A stretch of DNA of 64,000 nt. It comes from Cyanidioschyzon merolae (Eukaryota). The stretch lies in NCBI GenBank assembly GCA_000091205.1, contig AP006487.2, one strand, 5' to 3'. The stretch's first letter is position 1, and each line of letters starts with the position of its first letter. Under the pieces are notes generated by a model. That model was not told the DNA's origin and searched no databases. It saw only the letters and a program-made list of their open reading frames with translations. Positions 33,385 to 45,531 of the stretch are shown piece by piece. Made by a program: the position numbers and the translations under genes.

Positions 33385-34431
33385 CTAAGCCCCGTGTTCG
33401 TCCATAGACACGTGTGCATCGATATGGAACAGCCAGCGCGTTTCCGTCGGCTGCATGCATGGCGATCGATGGATGGCGGCGGCGGCGGCACTGGCATCGC
33501 CATCTGCACGGATCCATCCAGTGCCTTTCAAAAGCACAGCATGCCACGGTACAAGTCGCTCAACAGGGGCGTCTGGGAGCGAATCCCGCAGCAACCAACG
33601 ACCAGATGACGGGTCCCAGATGTACTGGGGCACACTGATCGCCAGCGGCGTCGACACCTGCCGCCTAAAAACAACGTGCTGTGCGTGCTCCTCAGCTGTG
33701 CACGCCGACAGTGTCTGTGTTTGCCACCAGGACTTTCGGATGCGATAGGCACCGCCTACGCTTCGTGCTGCTTCGAAACGCTCCCGCCACACGAACGTCT
33801 CCCTTGCAATTTCCGTTCCAGGGCCTTGTAGCGTACAGAGCAGGCGCAGGGGCACAGAATCAACATGAAATCTCGGGCAAGGAGTGGAGTCCAAGAAACT
33901 CAAACGCAGGTCCACCGCACGTAGCGGGGATCTCGCATGTTGCCCAATTCGGTTCACGTTCTGTTCGAAGGCGAGGCAGAAGAGCTCGATCATTTCCAGA
34001 AGCGGTTCATAAAAAGTTTCCATGCCGTTCACCGAAAGCCCCATTTCCAGGAATAGGTGCCGCAACGCTGCTCGTTGCTGGTCGATGTCTGCAACCGGTA
34101 CGTGCTGTGCTGTTAGGACGCCGTTCGCTGGTCTGCGTCGAGTTCTCGCCGCCGCCGCCGCCGCCGTCCAGGCTTCTCGTAGGCGAGCGGCGTCAGAGCC
34201 CGGCTTCCACACGCACGCGAGACAGTTTGGTTGCTGAAGGCTTGAGGAAACCTGTGTTTTCACAGTCGTGTGTGCGATTCCGTGCAAAAGTGAGGGCAGC
34301 TCAGCTACCGACTCGTTACTAGTTGCAGCTGAGCAGTTGAACGGTGACCTATTTCTGGCCCGTTTGCGAACTATACCGTATGCTCGCCCGTGTCTTTGGT
34401 TCAAACAGCTCTGCGTTGCTAGAACAAACAT
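33385..34431 (-). CDS. Hypothetical protein with a DUF1826-like (bacterial-type) domain
   Basis: The ATG at 34431 was verified. The motif PCPRFHVDSVPLRLLCTLQGPGTE resembles the RFHxD...RLL.TY.GpGT core I recall for DUF1826. The assignment is from memory and needs an HMM search. Confidence 0.35.
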   Translation of the reverse strand: MFVLATQSCLNQRHGRAYGIVRKRARNRSPFNCSAATSNESVAELPSLLHGIAHTTVKTQVSSSLQQPNCLACVWKPGSDAARLREAWTAAAAAARTRRRPANGVLTAQHVPVADIDQQRAALRHLFLEMGLSVNGMETFYEPLLEMIELFCLAFEQNVNRIGQHARSPLRAVDLRLSFLDSTPCPRFHVDSVPLRLLCTLQGPGTEIARETFVWRERFEAARSVGGAYRIRKSWWQTQTLSACTAEEHAQHVVFRRQVSTPLAISVPQYIWDPSSGRWLLRDSLPDAPVERLVPWHAVLLKGTGWIRADGDASAAAAAIHRSPCMQPTETRWLFHIDAHVSMDEHGA

Positions 34432-36676
34432 AAGTCAACCTTTAACTTGCAACTGGAGTGGTTCCACAACACTGATTCAGCGCCGCTCGAGTTAACAGCT
34501 CGCGACAGTCGCTTGTCGTTGCGGCAACGTGCACTACGAACACGAGTGCTCGTCCTCACAGAGCGTCGTGAAATGGAATCGTTGCGATCCGCGCGGTACA
34601 GGCGTTGATCGCGCAGGATCGATGCGTCGAATCGAGCGGTACCTCCCGTGTCCGATACACATGGAATGCGGAACAGCTGGCTCTCTGTCGTGCGAATTCT
34701 CCCGGACTTCTTTTTTAGCTATAAAGCGTGGACACTCGGATTGCATTTATATTGGGTTACAGATTCATATTTGGTTTTGGGGCTCTTGGTCGGAGTGGGA
34801 GAGTGGTGTCTCTGCCGCCGGTGATCGTTGTGACACAGGAATCTGGATCATACGGGACACATCCTAACAAGGACTAGTGCAATAACCGATATCATTGGTC
34901 AAAGCACAGCTACATACTTACACTCATCTCTTTAAGAGCACGTGTAGTGTCATGGAATCAGGCATGCATCAATTCGCGATCTTTCTGTTTCAAGGAAACT
35001 CGTGAATCTCGCACACCGCGCCACTCGATGGAACAGGGAAACAGCTCGGGTTCGTCGCTTGACGACTTGTTCACGAGCTCATGCTGAAAGACCACTGAGA
35101 CCATCACATAACAAAACCGATTTCGTTCGAAAGCCGAATCCTGTTCTCTTTATTGCCATCGATGGCACTGCATTCGAGTGCAGCATGAAACCTGTAATGG
35201 GATATGCTCCCAGAGGTTCACGTCGCGCATCTGCCATGGAAAATGTTCTTGGATTCGGACTTGAGGCAGGGCAGGAATCCATTCCGGTGGAGAGTGTGTC
35301 ACTGCTTTGCATGAAGGGCGTGTATACGAATCGATATTTTCTCGACTAGTTCTGTAGCTTTGGCTCTCGTCTATATACCTGTTTCATCACGAACATCATC
35401 GCGTTCCACGAATCGTCATGTGCTCCCAAACCAGTAAAGAGCAGGGTGCTGATAGTCCTGCGCGCCCCAACATATTCCCCATGGTTGAACCCGAATCAGT
35501 ACGTGTTCGAGGCCGTGAAGAGCGACTTCACAGAGGCGAACACACATTTCGGTTACTCGGATCGTCCTCGACAAGAACTACTGCACGTCGCTTTTGGTGC
35601 TGCGACTGAGGCCGACGGCATTGGCAGCATTTGTCGACCGAGAATCGTTGAGGTTTGCGGATCTCGACTTGCCGAACATGCATAGAGAAAAGGGTGGCAT
35701 ATAGCATAAAGCATGCATACGTGCGGCTTGTTTATCACCGGGCGTACACAGCGAATGCAAACGAGCTGTGCCAGGGAAATTACAGAATAAGAGGAACAAC
35801 ATTATCTCCGAGCGTTCCGAAAAGAGGTGCGTGTCGCACTTGGAGAACGTCGCCCTACTCGGACGAAACGCCTGTTCGCACGACGCTAATCGATTGAGCA
35901 TCAGGTCGGAGACGAAGTATATTCTCGGACAACACGGAGTTTACGACGACCAGGGACGCTCACCGCTCCGCCGATTGCACGATGAATATCGGCATCGGAG
36001 AAGGCGGCCATCATTCCAGGTTCCGCCGATCACGTGCTGTATTTACCCGTCGGAGACACTGACCAATACGCATGTTCCGCTGTGCACCGAGCAATCGGTG
36101 AACGTCCTCCGTTGGGTCTCTAGCACCGGTTCGTAAGCACCACGAATATCGCACAGCTTCGTAACATACCTGGGCGTGGGCGCCATGTCAGGAGAACGAA
36201 AAACGCTTCAGGACTATCGAGTGCATCTATGCGCACACGCACACGCACCCACAGAGGCCTCCCCGGCTGTTTTTTGACCGACTGGCTGCTATCGTTCCAG
36301 TTTATCCAGGCACGCCTCAAGTATGAGAGGCTGCCCCATAAAAAATATCCCGTCAGCTGGTCGATTGTTGTTTTCAGCAGCGCACACCGTCTGATCTGGA
36401 TGGCGGCGTTGAACTCTCGGTTCGGGAACTCCTTGCATGCAGTGATGCTGGTGAAACTCATCAATGTAAGGATTCCTCGAACTCGTACACTCAGCGTCAT
36501 GAAAGTCTCGTCATCATCATCCTCTTCATCTTCTTCTTCATAGCACTTGCTCGTCTTCGCTCGATAATCGGAGAGAGGAGAATTTTCCGTTTTTCCCCGA
36601 CATCCGGCTGTGACTACGCTTCGAGTTCCCCGAATTCCATGTCCACACCTTTCCCCTGAATGTTTTATCTCTTCAA

Positions 36677-37855
36677 ATGAACGTACTTCAAACACATCTG
36701 CTACAAACCGTGAAAGCACATTTGATAACACGCTCACGTAAGTGGAACACTATTGAGGTAAACGAGGACGACACCGACTCCGGGTGGCGGCAACTTGATG
36801 CGTCGTGCAACCGGACGCACGCCCGGCATGGCGCCAAAACCTACAAACGCCACTGCCTATCTGGTGCGGCGCCTAGGCTTGTTGCCATGGTGGAGTCAGC
36901 GCCCCTGGGGCTGCTTGAGTCTACCGAGGAACTTGAAAACCGTCTGCTACAATCATATGTGTCCCTGATCAAAAATCTCACGCAGCAAAACGCTTCCTCC
37001 AATCCGGAGGACGCTCACGGCGGCAGTGAGAACCCCGCAGGGGCAGCTGCGGCACCAGGTGCGACAGCCGCCGCAGAAGCAGCGGTTGCCCGGCACGAAC
37101 ACCCTGGCGGCAACGAAACTGCAAAGGCAGATGCGCTAACAGATTCTGTCTTTTCGGACCTATGCTACGTACCAGAGGACTTTATGGTGCCGCCACACTG
37201 CATACCCGTGCGAGCTGACGTCCGGTTTGCTGACTGGGACCAGATCGCAGCAGCAGCAAACGGAAACTACGACGTTATTCTGATGGACCCTCCGTGGCAG
37301 CTCGCCACCGCAAACCCAACTAGAGGTGTGGCGCTCGGCTATAACCAACTGAGCGACGAGTCGATCCTGGCTATTCCCTTGGAAAAACTGCAGCGTTGCG
37401 GACTCCTCTTGATATGGGTAATCAACGCCAAGTACCGAGTGGCTTTACAGATGTTCGAACGCTGGGGCTATCGGCTCGTCGACGAAATCGTATGGGTGAA
37501 GCTGACGGTGAATCGGCGCTTGGCGAAAAATCACGGCTTTTATCTACAGCACGCGAAAGAGACGTGCCTGGTCGGTGTGAAAGGGAACGACCTTTCCGCA
37601 TTGAGCACTGCACCGGGCATGCCCCGACCAGATGTGATTCTCAGCGAACGTCGCGGACAGAGCCAGAAACCAGATGAGCTCTATGAATGGATCGAGGCGC
37701 TCGTGCCGAACGGCAAGTACATCGAGATATTCGCCCGGAAGAATAACCTGCGCAACTTTTGGGTCAGCATTGGGAATGAGGTCACTGGCGAGAGTTTCGA
37801 ACAGGCGCTACCGCCTGAACTTTGCAAGCAGCTGCGAGAAGAACTCTCGACGTAA
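36677..37855 (+). CDS. MT-A70 family N6-adenine methyltransferase (DPPW catalytic motif), 392 aa, no CCCH zinc-finger region
   Basis: The ATG at 36677 was verified. Matches: YDVILMDPPWQL, LLIWVINAKYRVALQMFERWGYRLVDEIVWVKLT, LQHAKETCLVGVKG and QSQKPDELYEWIEALVPNGKYIEIFARKNNLRNFWVSIGNEV. These align to the METTL3 methyltransferase domain (DPPW, WGYRRCEDICWIK, KEHCLMGIKG, EKP..IF..IE.F...RRLHLFGRD...GWLTVG). Confidence 0.75.
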   Translation: MNVLQTHLLQTVKAHLITRSRKWNTIEVNEDDTDSGWRQLDASCNRTHARHGAKTYKRHCLSGAAPRLVAMVESAPLGLLESTEELENRLLQSYVSLIKNLTQQNASSNPEDAHGGSENPAGAAAAPGATAAAEAAVARHEHPGGNETAKADALTDSVFSDLCYVPEDFMVPPHCIPVRADVRFADWDQIAAAANGNYDVILMDPPWQLATANPTRGVALGYNQLSDESILAIPLEKLQRCGLLLIWVINAKYRVALQMFERWGYRLVDEIVWVKLTVNRRLAKNHGFYLQHAKETCLVGVKGNDLSALSTAPGMPRPDVILSERRGQSQKPDELYEWIEALVPNGKYIEIFARKNNLRNFWVSIGNEVTGESFEQALPPELCKQLREELST

Positions 37856-38137
37856 AGTCGGTACGCACTCCAGCTTGGAGCCATTCACGGGCTCGCAGCG
37901 GTGATTGCTGGCTTTAAGCGTCGGTCGACGCTGTTCCCCGGTGAACAGGTCGTCGCGCGCACTCGCGCGGCCATATGCATTGCGTTCAGGGTAGGCTGCG
38001 TAACCACAGCACCGATGCAGCGATCCAGGCAGAATCCGGAGATCGACAACAGCGCCTTCAGCAATGCATTGCGCCAGGGCGCGTTGCGCATCGATCCAAT
38101 AGACGCCGTGGGCATGCGCGTCCGTGCATGCATACAC

Positions 38138-38336
38138 GTACTGTACTGTACTGTGCTATACTGTACTGTACTGTACTGTGCTATACTGTACTGTACTGTA
38201 CTGTGCTATACTGTACTGTACTGTACTGTGCTATACTGTACTGTACTGTACTGTGCTATACTGTACTGTACTGTGCTATACTGTACTGTGCTATACTGTA
38301 CTGTGCTATACTGTACTGTACTGTACTGTACTGTAC
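38138..38336. repeat. Pentanucleotide microsatellite (TACTG)n interrupted by TGCTATACTG units, ~200 bp
   Basis: The run gtactgtactgtactgtgctatactgtactg... is visible. It lies in the convergent 3' intergenic region between the MT-A70 and ABCD genes. Confidence 0.85.
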
Positions 38337-38834
38337 ATCCCAGACTCATGCCCCCGAAGCTCAAACCTTACTATATCCGATCGGGCACCTGCCTGGTCTG
38401 CGCAAAAGCGGTACGCATCAGGTGCGGCTCCTGCAACCTCTTTTTTCGTTGGACACGGCCTGCCGCACGCTGCTGCTGCTGCTGCTGCCGCCTGACGTCC
38501 TGAGTGATCCGCGGCAGCGCGCCGGCTCACGACGTCGACGCACTGACCATTCCGATCCCAACTGATCCCAAAGGAAAGTATCTCGGGACGCTGTACGGCA
38601 TATGATCGCCATATCAAGGACCGGATGGGTGCATCGCTTGATAACAGTACCCATCTGTCGTCGTTGCGGATAGAATCGGCATCTGGGGCTGCTTTGTAAG
38701 CGGAACCGCGACACGGATCACGGTACGCGCGCTGTGCGCGAACATTCTCTGCTAGAGCATTCGCGTGATTTCCTCCCAGATCAGGCAGCGAGAAGCGGTA
38801 GCTCCCTGCTGAAGCCGCAAGTCCACTTTCTTGT

Positions 38835-41189
38835 CTATTCGAAGAGCGCGGGCTCTGTCCAGGTCATCGATTTCGCGCTTGTGCTCTCGATGTCAAGCAA
38901 TTCCCAGTCACATACGGGTTCAGGATCTGGCGAGGGATGATGGCGGTCATGTCGTGAGCGCGGGCGCAGGCGCAGCATTCTGGTGTGATACTGGAGCAAT
39001 GAGGGTCGGTGCCCCACCGAGACGACAGCTGCACCGAGTTGTCGGATTGCTGCGTACACCCGCGCCTCGGAGGCGATATCAAGCGCCGATGTGAACTCGT
39101 CACCAATCACTAAATCCGCACCATTAAGCAAGAGTCTGGCGACGCCCAAGCGTTGCTGCTCCCCCAACGAGAGAACCTCTGACCAGTTTCGCACGGCGCG
39201 AAGACCCTCGGGAAAGCGCTGCGCCAGTTCACTGAGACCCACGGCTTCGAGCACCTGCCAGAGGCGCTCTGCGAGCGGGCTCGTTCGGGAGTCACGTGCG
39301 AGTTCCGTTCCAGCGCTGGAACGTCCATTGAACGTAACCGTTTTCAGCGCGATAGAACGCAGCTCGTCTTGTTGCGCGACGGGCGGTGTCTGTGGATAAT
39401 ACAGGTTCTCGAGTAGTGAACCTAGCGTGCAGTACGGCTTCTGCGGCAGGAAGAAGGTCGATTCGCGGGCCGAGCGTCGCACTTGGCCTTGGCCTCGTCG
39501 CCAGAGACCGGCGATAGCGCGAAGCAGAGACGACTTGCCAACCCCCGATGGTCCCGTCACCAGGAGGCGCTCCCCGCGGCGAAGCTGAAACGACAGGTCG
39601 GCAAACAGGACCCGTTCGGTGAACAGCGACGTGCCCTCTTTGGCTGTATCGACGGCGCTGCGGTCGCGCGGTACACACAGGGTCAGTTTGTCGACCTGCA
39701 ACGGATACGGATCCGTCGCGCTCACAAAGTTCATCCGAATCCAGCGTTCAGCATTCTCTGGCTTATTCAAAGAGACGGCAGCGTCCAGCATTTCCGCAAA
39801 CTCACCGAGTCGATCGACACCGGCACTGAAAGCAGTCAGTGCCTCAAAGCGGGTTACAAATAGGGATAAGTCGCTCAAAATATGATTGAAAGCAGAGTAG
39901 GACTGGTTAATGACTCCAAGTTCGATCCTGCCGGCAAAATAAAGAGGTGCAACCACAAAACCCGGCAGGACCTGGATCAAATATCGGTAGCCTGTCGTGA
40001 AAAGCTCCAGATTTCTCTGCCAGACGATCAGTTTTGCCTGATTATCTACCGCTCGTTTGAGAAGCTCTTCACTCTCGTTGCGCTCTCGCTCCTCTCCACG
40101 ATAAAAGGCAATAGACTCGGCATTCTCCCGCACCCGAACGAGTGCATAACGAAAGTCAGCCTCGCGCTGAAGTTGCTGAAAGTTCAACTGCACAAGACGG
40201 CGCCCGATCGCAGCCGTTGCAAAAGTACCAAAGCCACTGTACACTATGAGCACTCCGAACAACTGCGGGTAAATGCTGAATAGTATGCTACTGAACGAAG
40301 CCAAATCCAGAATAGAGGTCAGCACTGTAAGGCCAAACGACAATGACGTGGCCGTAAAGGCATTCACATCTTCAGCGAGTCGCTGGTCCGGGTTATCGAC
40401 TTCAACCTGGGGCCTCTCCGGTGCTGCCGCGTGTCCATCCATTTCCTGGTTCTCCAGAAGCAGGCTCTGTTGGGCTTGAATCAGGTAATATGCACTGTTG
40501 GAAAAGTATCGTTCCAGGAGGAAGCGCGTCAGCCAGGCCCGCCAGCGCAGCGCCAGACGGTCGCGGGCGTAGCTGTACCACACAACGACCGGCACGCCGA
40601 CGAGCATCGCACCCAGGAAGAGCAGCATTTCTTGGGTGAACTGCTCGGGGTTACGATTGCTGAGCGCCGTCCAAAAATCACGACCAATAAAGGAAAACGC
40701 CACGGATACACCGGACTGGAGTAGCGTCAGCGCAAACACGGCCGCTAAGTCTGTTTTCGCCGTACGAGACTCGCGCCAGTATGGAGTAGCAAGCTTTCGA
40801 AACAGACCCCAGATTCGTCTCAGTTGTGTACGGCGCTTTGCTGCCGTGTCGTTCTCGCGTCCGTCGCCGTCATCCGCGCCTTGCGGCAAGCTCCTACCGC
40901 CGGCAGACTGCCCAGTGAGCTCCTCTTCAAAGGTGCCGAACCCAGAGAAAAGATTTCGCTGGAGAAAGCGTCTCAACTCTTGCTCAAGCGTACTCGAAGT
41001 TTGTCGCTCAGCGGGCCGTTCATCAGGCGGCGGTGGTTGAGCGTTACGTGCACCCGTGTCCCTGCAGAATACTCTCAGCGCTCGGGTGATGTTGCGTTTT
41101 GAAACTCGGTGGTTCATGGGTGCTCGGTGTCGGTACCCGTTCGACGCTACGCCCGGCACGAAAGCAAAGGGAACCTGTCGCCTATTCAT
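38835..41189 (-). CDS. ABC transporter subfamily D (peroxisomal/plastid-type) half transporter
   Basis: Walker A: [25 protein letters not shown] signature: [15 protein letters not shown]. Walker B: [13 protein letters not shown]. The ABCD-type TMD includes [34 protein letters not shown]. The track start is a GTG at 41213; the first ATG is at 41189, verified. Confidence 0.8.
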   Translation of the reverse strand: MNRRQVPFAFVPGVASNGYRHRAPMNHRVSKRNITRALRVFCRDTGARNAQPPPPDERPAERQTSSTLEQELRRFLQRNLFSGFGTFEEELTGQSAGGRSLPQGADDGDGRENDTAAKRRTQLRRIWGLFRKLATPYWRESRTAKTDLAAVFALTLLQSGVSVAFSFIGRDFWTALSNRNPEQFTQEMLLFLGAMLVGVPVVVWYSYARDRLALRWRAWLTRFLLERYFSNSAYYLIQAQQSLLLENQEMDGHAAAPERPQVEVDNPDQRLAEDVNAFTATSLSFGLTVLTSILDLASFSSILFSIYPQLFGVLIVYSGFGTFATAAIGRRLVQLNFQQLQREADFRYALVRVRENAESIAFYRGEERERNESEELLKRAVDNQAKLIVWQRNLELFTTGYRYLIQVLPGFVVAPLYFAGRIELGVINQSYSAFNHILSDLSLFVTRFEALTAFSAGVDRLGEFAEMLDAAVSLNKPENAERWIRMNFVSATDPYPLQVDKLTLCVPRDRSAVDTAKEGTSLFTERVLFADLSFQLRRGERLLVTGPSGVGKSSLLRAIAGLWRRGQGQVRRSARESTFFLPQKPYCTLGSLLENLYYPQTPPVAQQDELRSIALKTVTFNGRSSAGTELARDSRTSPLAERLWQVLEAVGLSELAQRFPEGLRAVRNWSEVLSLGEQQRLGVARLLLNGADLVIGDEFTSALDIASEARVYAAIRQLGAAVVSVGHRPSLLQYHTRMLRLRPRSRHDRHHPSPDPEPVCDWELLDIESTSAKSMTWTEPALFE

Positions 41190-41673
41190 TACCGATATTT
41201 TCCAACAAACCACAACGCGTGACTCTTAAGTTCAGTCGGAGGCGCGCCCTGTGGGTTTCTCCAACGCCCTGCTCCGCCGGACACCGAGGAACGCGTCCGT
41301 CGCCTGCAAAGTCCACGCAGCGTTTCACCTGACTCGGGGTGTCGCTTTTGAGGCGACGCGGTTACGAGCGCTACGTGTTCCTGGAGTGCACTGCGTCCCA
41401 GTCCAGTTCAGGTTTAATACTGAACGTGCTTCGGTTTGCCGGCAAGGTTATTCGCGCGTCAACAGCAGTTTGCGCGGTTGTTGCTGGGTGAAGGCGCACG
41501 ACGATACGGCTCGTGCGCTTGGCTCGACATGCTTCGCGCCGGTGTCCGCTTCTGTGCAATGAGGGTACCTGCCCCCCATTCCCCCATTTGCCTCCCGCAA
41601 ACATCACCGCTCTCTCCAGGTCTCGTTGAGCGGGCGACAGCTTGTGTCGACACTGCCGGAGAACGCTCACGAA

Positions 41674-42360
41674 ATGAGCACATCGTCACTGAAGAAGAGT
41701 GCTGTACGTGGTTTTAAAGGCGTTCTTGGGCAGGGGTGTCATTTGGCACTTCGCGGCTGTCCGGGCGTGCGCCTGCAGCGAAGGTGCGCGTTCTCGTACC
41801 CGTCACCACGAGAACTCAACCAAGTTGTGCACTTGGCCAAGTTCGTGCGAGAGACGCCTGCTAACTGTGTCAGTTTATGGAGTTTGCACCACAGTACGAA
41901 ACCTACGATGCTCGGTTGCGCCTTATCTGCGACTGAATACGTAGCATTCGCACAGCGAGCAAGCAAGTATCCGTGGTTCGTATTCCCACTGCTTCGCGCT
42001 GCTGACGGCAACTCGTACGTATCCATGCTTTGCCAGGTTCAGGACTCGCGATATGTGCTCTTCACCTACCTGCAGGAGTATCGAGAGCATGCTGCAACAG
42101 CACAGCCACGGGTTGTATTCACCGTTTATCCAGAACTTGTAGCCGAGAAACAGTTGGCACTTGTGCGCCTTGAAAACCTCCATGAAGGCCAGCTAGAAAA
42201 AGCGGATCTCTGGCGACTCTGGTGCCAGTGGCGGCATTTGTATGCGGCGGCGGACACTGCTGGTCTGCAGCTCCTGGCGGACTTCAATGAGCGACCACGA
42301 GTGTTCCGCTTCGAAAAGGCTCTGGAAGTGGCTTGTAAGTTGTACGCCGAGCGCGAGTGA
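41674..42360 (+). CDS. ATP11: Mitochondrial F1-ATPase assembly factor ATP11 (ATPAF1)-like protein
   Basis: ASKYPWFVFPLL...SYVSMLCQVQDSRYVLFTYLQEYREHAATAQPRVVFTVYPELVAEKQLALVRLENL parallels the ATP11 blocks (RAKQYPMFILPLPR...QHVLFTSLAEYKLHGE..RPHLTLTHYTELAEEKGIVLMRGE). The track start at 41626 is a TTG; the first ATG is at 41674 and begins a presequence-like N-terminus. Confidence 0.55.
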   Translation: MSTSSLKKSAVRGFKGVLGQGCHLALRGCPGVRLQRRCAFSYPSPRELNQVVHLAKFVRETPANCVSLWSLHHSTKPTMLGCALSATEYVAFAQRASKYPWFVFPLLRAADGNSYVSMLCQVQDSRYVLFTYLQEYREHAATAQPRVVFTVYPELVAEKQLALVRLENLHEGQLEKADLWRLWCQWRHLYAAADTAGLQLLADFNERPRVFRFEKALEVACKLYAERE

Positions 42361-42575
42361 GGTTTCATGCCAAACACGTCTCGAAGCGATCAGAAATAAG
42401 CCCGAAGCAGCGTCTGCAACACATGCACAGGCCGCCGACTTGAACGGCGTACAGTCCAGAAACGATGACACGCGCTGGACAGCGGCGGCAGTTAGATGCT
42501 CGAAGGACACGTGTCCTTGCGCGACAACGCCAATCATGCGGCCTGCCACTATCGCAACGATCCCCAACGATTCGA

Positions 42576-43559
42576 TCAGAGAGTGACGGAGCTTTGTGGT
42601 AACCACATCTGCGGTGGTACTGCTCCGTAGACCCGGTCCATATTTTCAAAATACGGATGCATCAGCGCCTGACGGGCTGTGATGCGCTTGCTAGGATCAT
42701 AAACCAGGAGACGGCTCAGCAGATCGAGCGCATCCTCGGTCCAGGCGCCGCCAAGTGCCAGTACGCTTTCCCGGATCAGACGAACAGGCCATCGGGGGAA
42801 CGCACTCATGTAGTCCGGCAACTGGCTGACTCCGGGCCAAACTTCCTCACTAGGGGTCCCCAGTGCACGAAAGATTTTGAAAAGCTGGTCTATTTCGGAG
42901 TCCCCCGGGAAAAGCGCCTTCCTGCACATCATCTCCGCAAAGATGCAACCAACCGACCACATGTCTACCGGGGCAGCGTAATTGCGACATCCCAGCAATA
43001 TCTCCGGTGCGCGATACCATAGCGTGATCACTTCCGAGGTCATGTGACGCACTGGAATACCAAACGCTCGGGCGAGGCCAAAGTCCGCAAGCTTCAGGCG
43101 ACCTGCCGCATCGATGAGTAGATTCTGCGGCTTCAGGTCGCGATGGAGAATACGCCGGGCGTGCAAGTACGCAACACCGTTGATCAGCTGGTACAGGAAT
43201 GACTTGGCCTGCTCGGGCCTCATTAGGGTATTCGGCGGTAGTGTATCCATGTAACGTTTCAGATCTTGATCCAGGTGTTCAAAGACGAGGTACAGCTTTG
43301 CGTCACCATGTACAACGTCAAGTAGGCGCACCACGTTCGGTTGGTTGAGTTCCCTCAGGATGGCAATCTCACGTAAAGCCGTACTCGGAACACCCTCTTC
43401 CTCCTGCTCTAGACGAATTTTCTTCAAGGCAACGAGCTGCCCCGTTTGTCGGTCGCGTGCGCGGTATACGACACCATAGGTGCCTTCACCGATGCGCTCC
43501 AGGCGCTGATACCGCAGCGCGATGGCTGCCATGTCCTCGTCATCAGGCATATGACGCAT
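42576..43559 (-). CDS. Cyclin-dependent kinase (cdc2/CDKA-like; PSTALRE variant of PSTAIRE)
   Basis: [96 protein letters not shown]. The track start at 43601 is a GTG; the first in-frame ATG is at 43559, verified. Confidence 0.85.
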   Translation of the reverse strand: MRHMPDDEDMAAIALRYQRLERIGEGTYGVVYRARDRQTGQLVALKKIRLEQEEEGVPSTALREIAILRELNQPNVVRLLDVVHGDAKLYLVFEHLDQDLKRYMDTLPPNTLMRPEQAKSFLYQLINGVAYLHARRILHRDLKPQNLLIDAAGRLKLADFGLARAFGIPVRHMTSEVITLWYRAPEILLGCRNYAAPVDMWSVGCIFAEMMCRKALFPGDSEIDQLFKIFRALGTPSEEVWPGVSQLPDYMSAFPRWPVRLIRESVLALGGAWTEDALDLLSRLLVYDPSKRITARQALMHPYFENMDRVYGAVPPQMWLPQSSVTL

Positions 43560-44093
43560 GGTTCCCTGAAAATCCGCAGATTCGCTATCGTGCCCTGGCA
43601 CGTGTCTCGGGCCGTGGCTCCAGCTGTTCCCTCCCTGGACGCAGCTAGCTCCGCAGGTGCGCAGCTCGAGCAGCTGCTGCGCGTAACGCTCACAGACTCT
43701 TCCCCGAGGATGAGTTCAGCCTGTTGGTCCCAGTCCGTTCCTCGGTCCAAGATGTTCGCTCTTGATAATCTGCCAACAGCTTGTCGACGAGTTCCGTGAA
43801 TGCTCACCCTAAAGCACTGTGCTCGTTTTGCTTCGTGCACCCAGCGGAAGAGCCCGCGACCTCGAATCGTATAGAGCGCGCGGAAGTATTTGTCTTCACA
43901 GAATCCGCGCAGATCGCCAGCATCGCTGCTGGGGCTATCCTGGTGTTTCTCTCATGGTGAAGGATCAATGCATCGGACTGGGTGCGCCCTTGCGAGCGGG
44001 GACCAGGCGAAACATCACTAGTCCACTGAGGTTGCCGCGAGGTCCCAGTGATCCCAGACCACGATACGCATCAGTTGCAGGGGTCTGGTGCGA

Positions 44094-44120
44094 CGTATCC
44101 ACACACACACATACACACAC
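44094..44120. repeat. (CA)n dinucleotide microsatellite
   Basis: acacacacatacacacacacc is seen in the sequence. Confidence 0.6.
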
Positions 44121-45531
44121 ACCGGGTGCTGAGCGCCGGGTATCATCGCTTCATGCGAAGCTGGATGCAAGTTTCGGATGGCACTCGGCGACATCGCGAC
44201 ATCTCGGTACCCGTGCGGGGCTCTGCTCGAGCATGCAGGCGATGCGGGCCGAGCGTTGCAATGAGGCTCGGCAGTGAAACCTAAATCTGGAGCATTCGGG
44301 AATCGATGCCCTGTCTAGAGCTCTTCTTCAAGGAGAATGTGGTTTGATGCGTGTCGCTATGCCTGTATCGAGCCCGGAAACAGGAGTGTGCCTCCCCGCG
44401 TTTTTGTGTCCCGTCGCTGGCAACTTGAGCGGTGCGCTTCGTGCGAGAGGCATCTGCAGCGAATCCGTTCGTAGACTGGGCGGTCGGCGATAGCGAGCCG
44501 CACCTCCGTGGCGCTCGACTAGCGTCGCCCGACAGCGTGTGCCCCGTCTGGCGGTCATGCGTCGGCATTCGGAACGTGGATCTGTAGTGATCCAGGAACA
44601 CAACGGGGTGCACCAGCTGATCCTCGCACCAATACGCTAACGAGCGGAGCTGTCAAGAATGTTGTCGCGTGTCATCTCGGGCGCCCGGACTAGTGTACCT
44701 GAATGAGCGCTGGCATCCTGCAAGCTCGTTCGCGCAGGACTGCTTTGGAAGCTTTGGTCGGTCGAGTGTTTCGCAAGCATATGTCTTGTTTTCTCTGCAA
44801 CCTGCACCGCGGATGATGCGCAGCATTTCATCCACTGAAGTACTTGGATCACAAATTCATATATGCCCGCACGTTTACCTCATACAAAACGGGGTCTGAA
44901 CCCCTGCCAAACAGAATGTGATGTGCTGCAGTTGCGACTCTGAATTTCACCGAACGCAGCATGCGTTCGAAAAACGCTCAGCTGCCAAGGGCGCACCATT
45001 CCTGCCGACAAATCCCCGATGGCTTCCTAAGCATCGGGAGTCATATGCCAACCGCTGGCGGAACGCATACCACCACGGACAACATTTTCAGCCAATGCAT
45101 ACTGTCGTTATAGCGTATCTCTGCCGTCGACGACAGTCTTGCGGAGGCGACTTGAACGTACCGCATCTTTGCTGAGATGCGACATACGGCTGATGAAACT
45201 CGCCTGAACGCGCATCAGTCTTGAAATGCGATGCGACCCGAACTGCAGCTTGCGACTCGCAAGTATATCAAGCGCGTCGCTTCCAACACTAGAACCTGTT
45301 CTGCAACCCCAGAGCCTCATGCAGTATGCACTCGATCGCAACATCTTACCGTTCAGGGTCAGGCGAGCGGCTCCACGCATGACCCTTCGGTTGGAATACC
45401 CCCTCTGCGCTGTATCGGCAGGCGAGAGCCCGGGAACGCTCATTCTCAGTGTTCGTTTTCCATGCGCTAAATCCCTTCTAATACAGAGCCGTCGGCACCA
45501 TCCAATCCTCCAGCAGACACCGGTTACGTCT

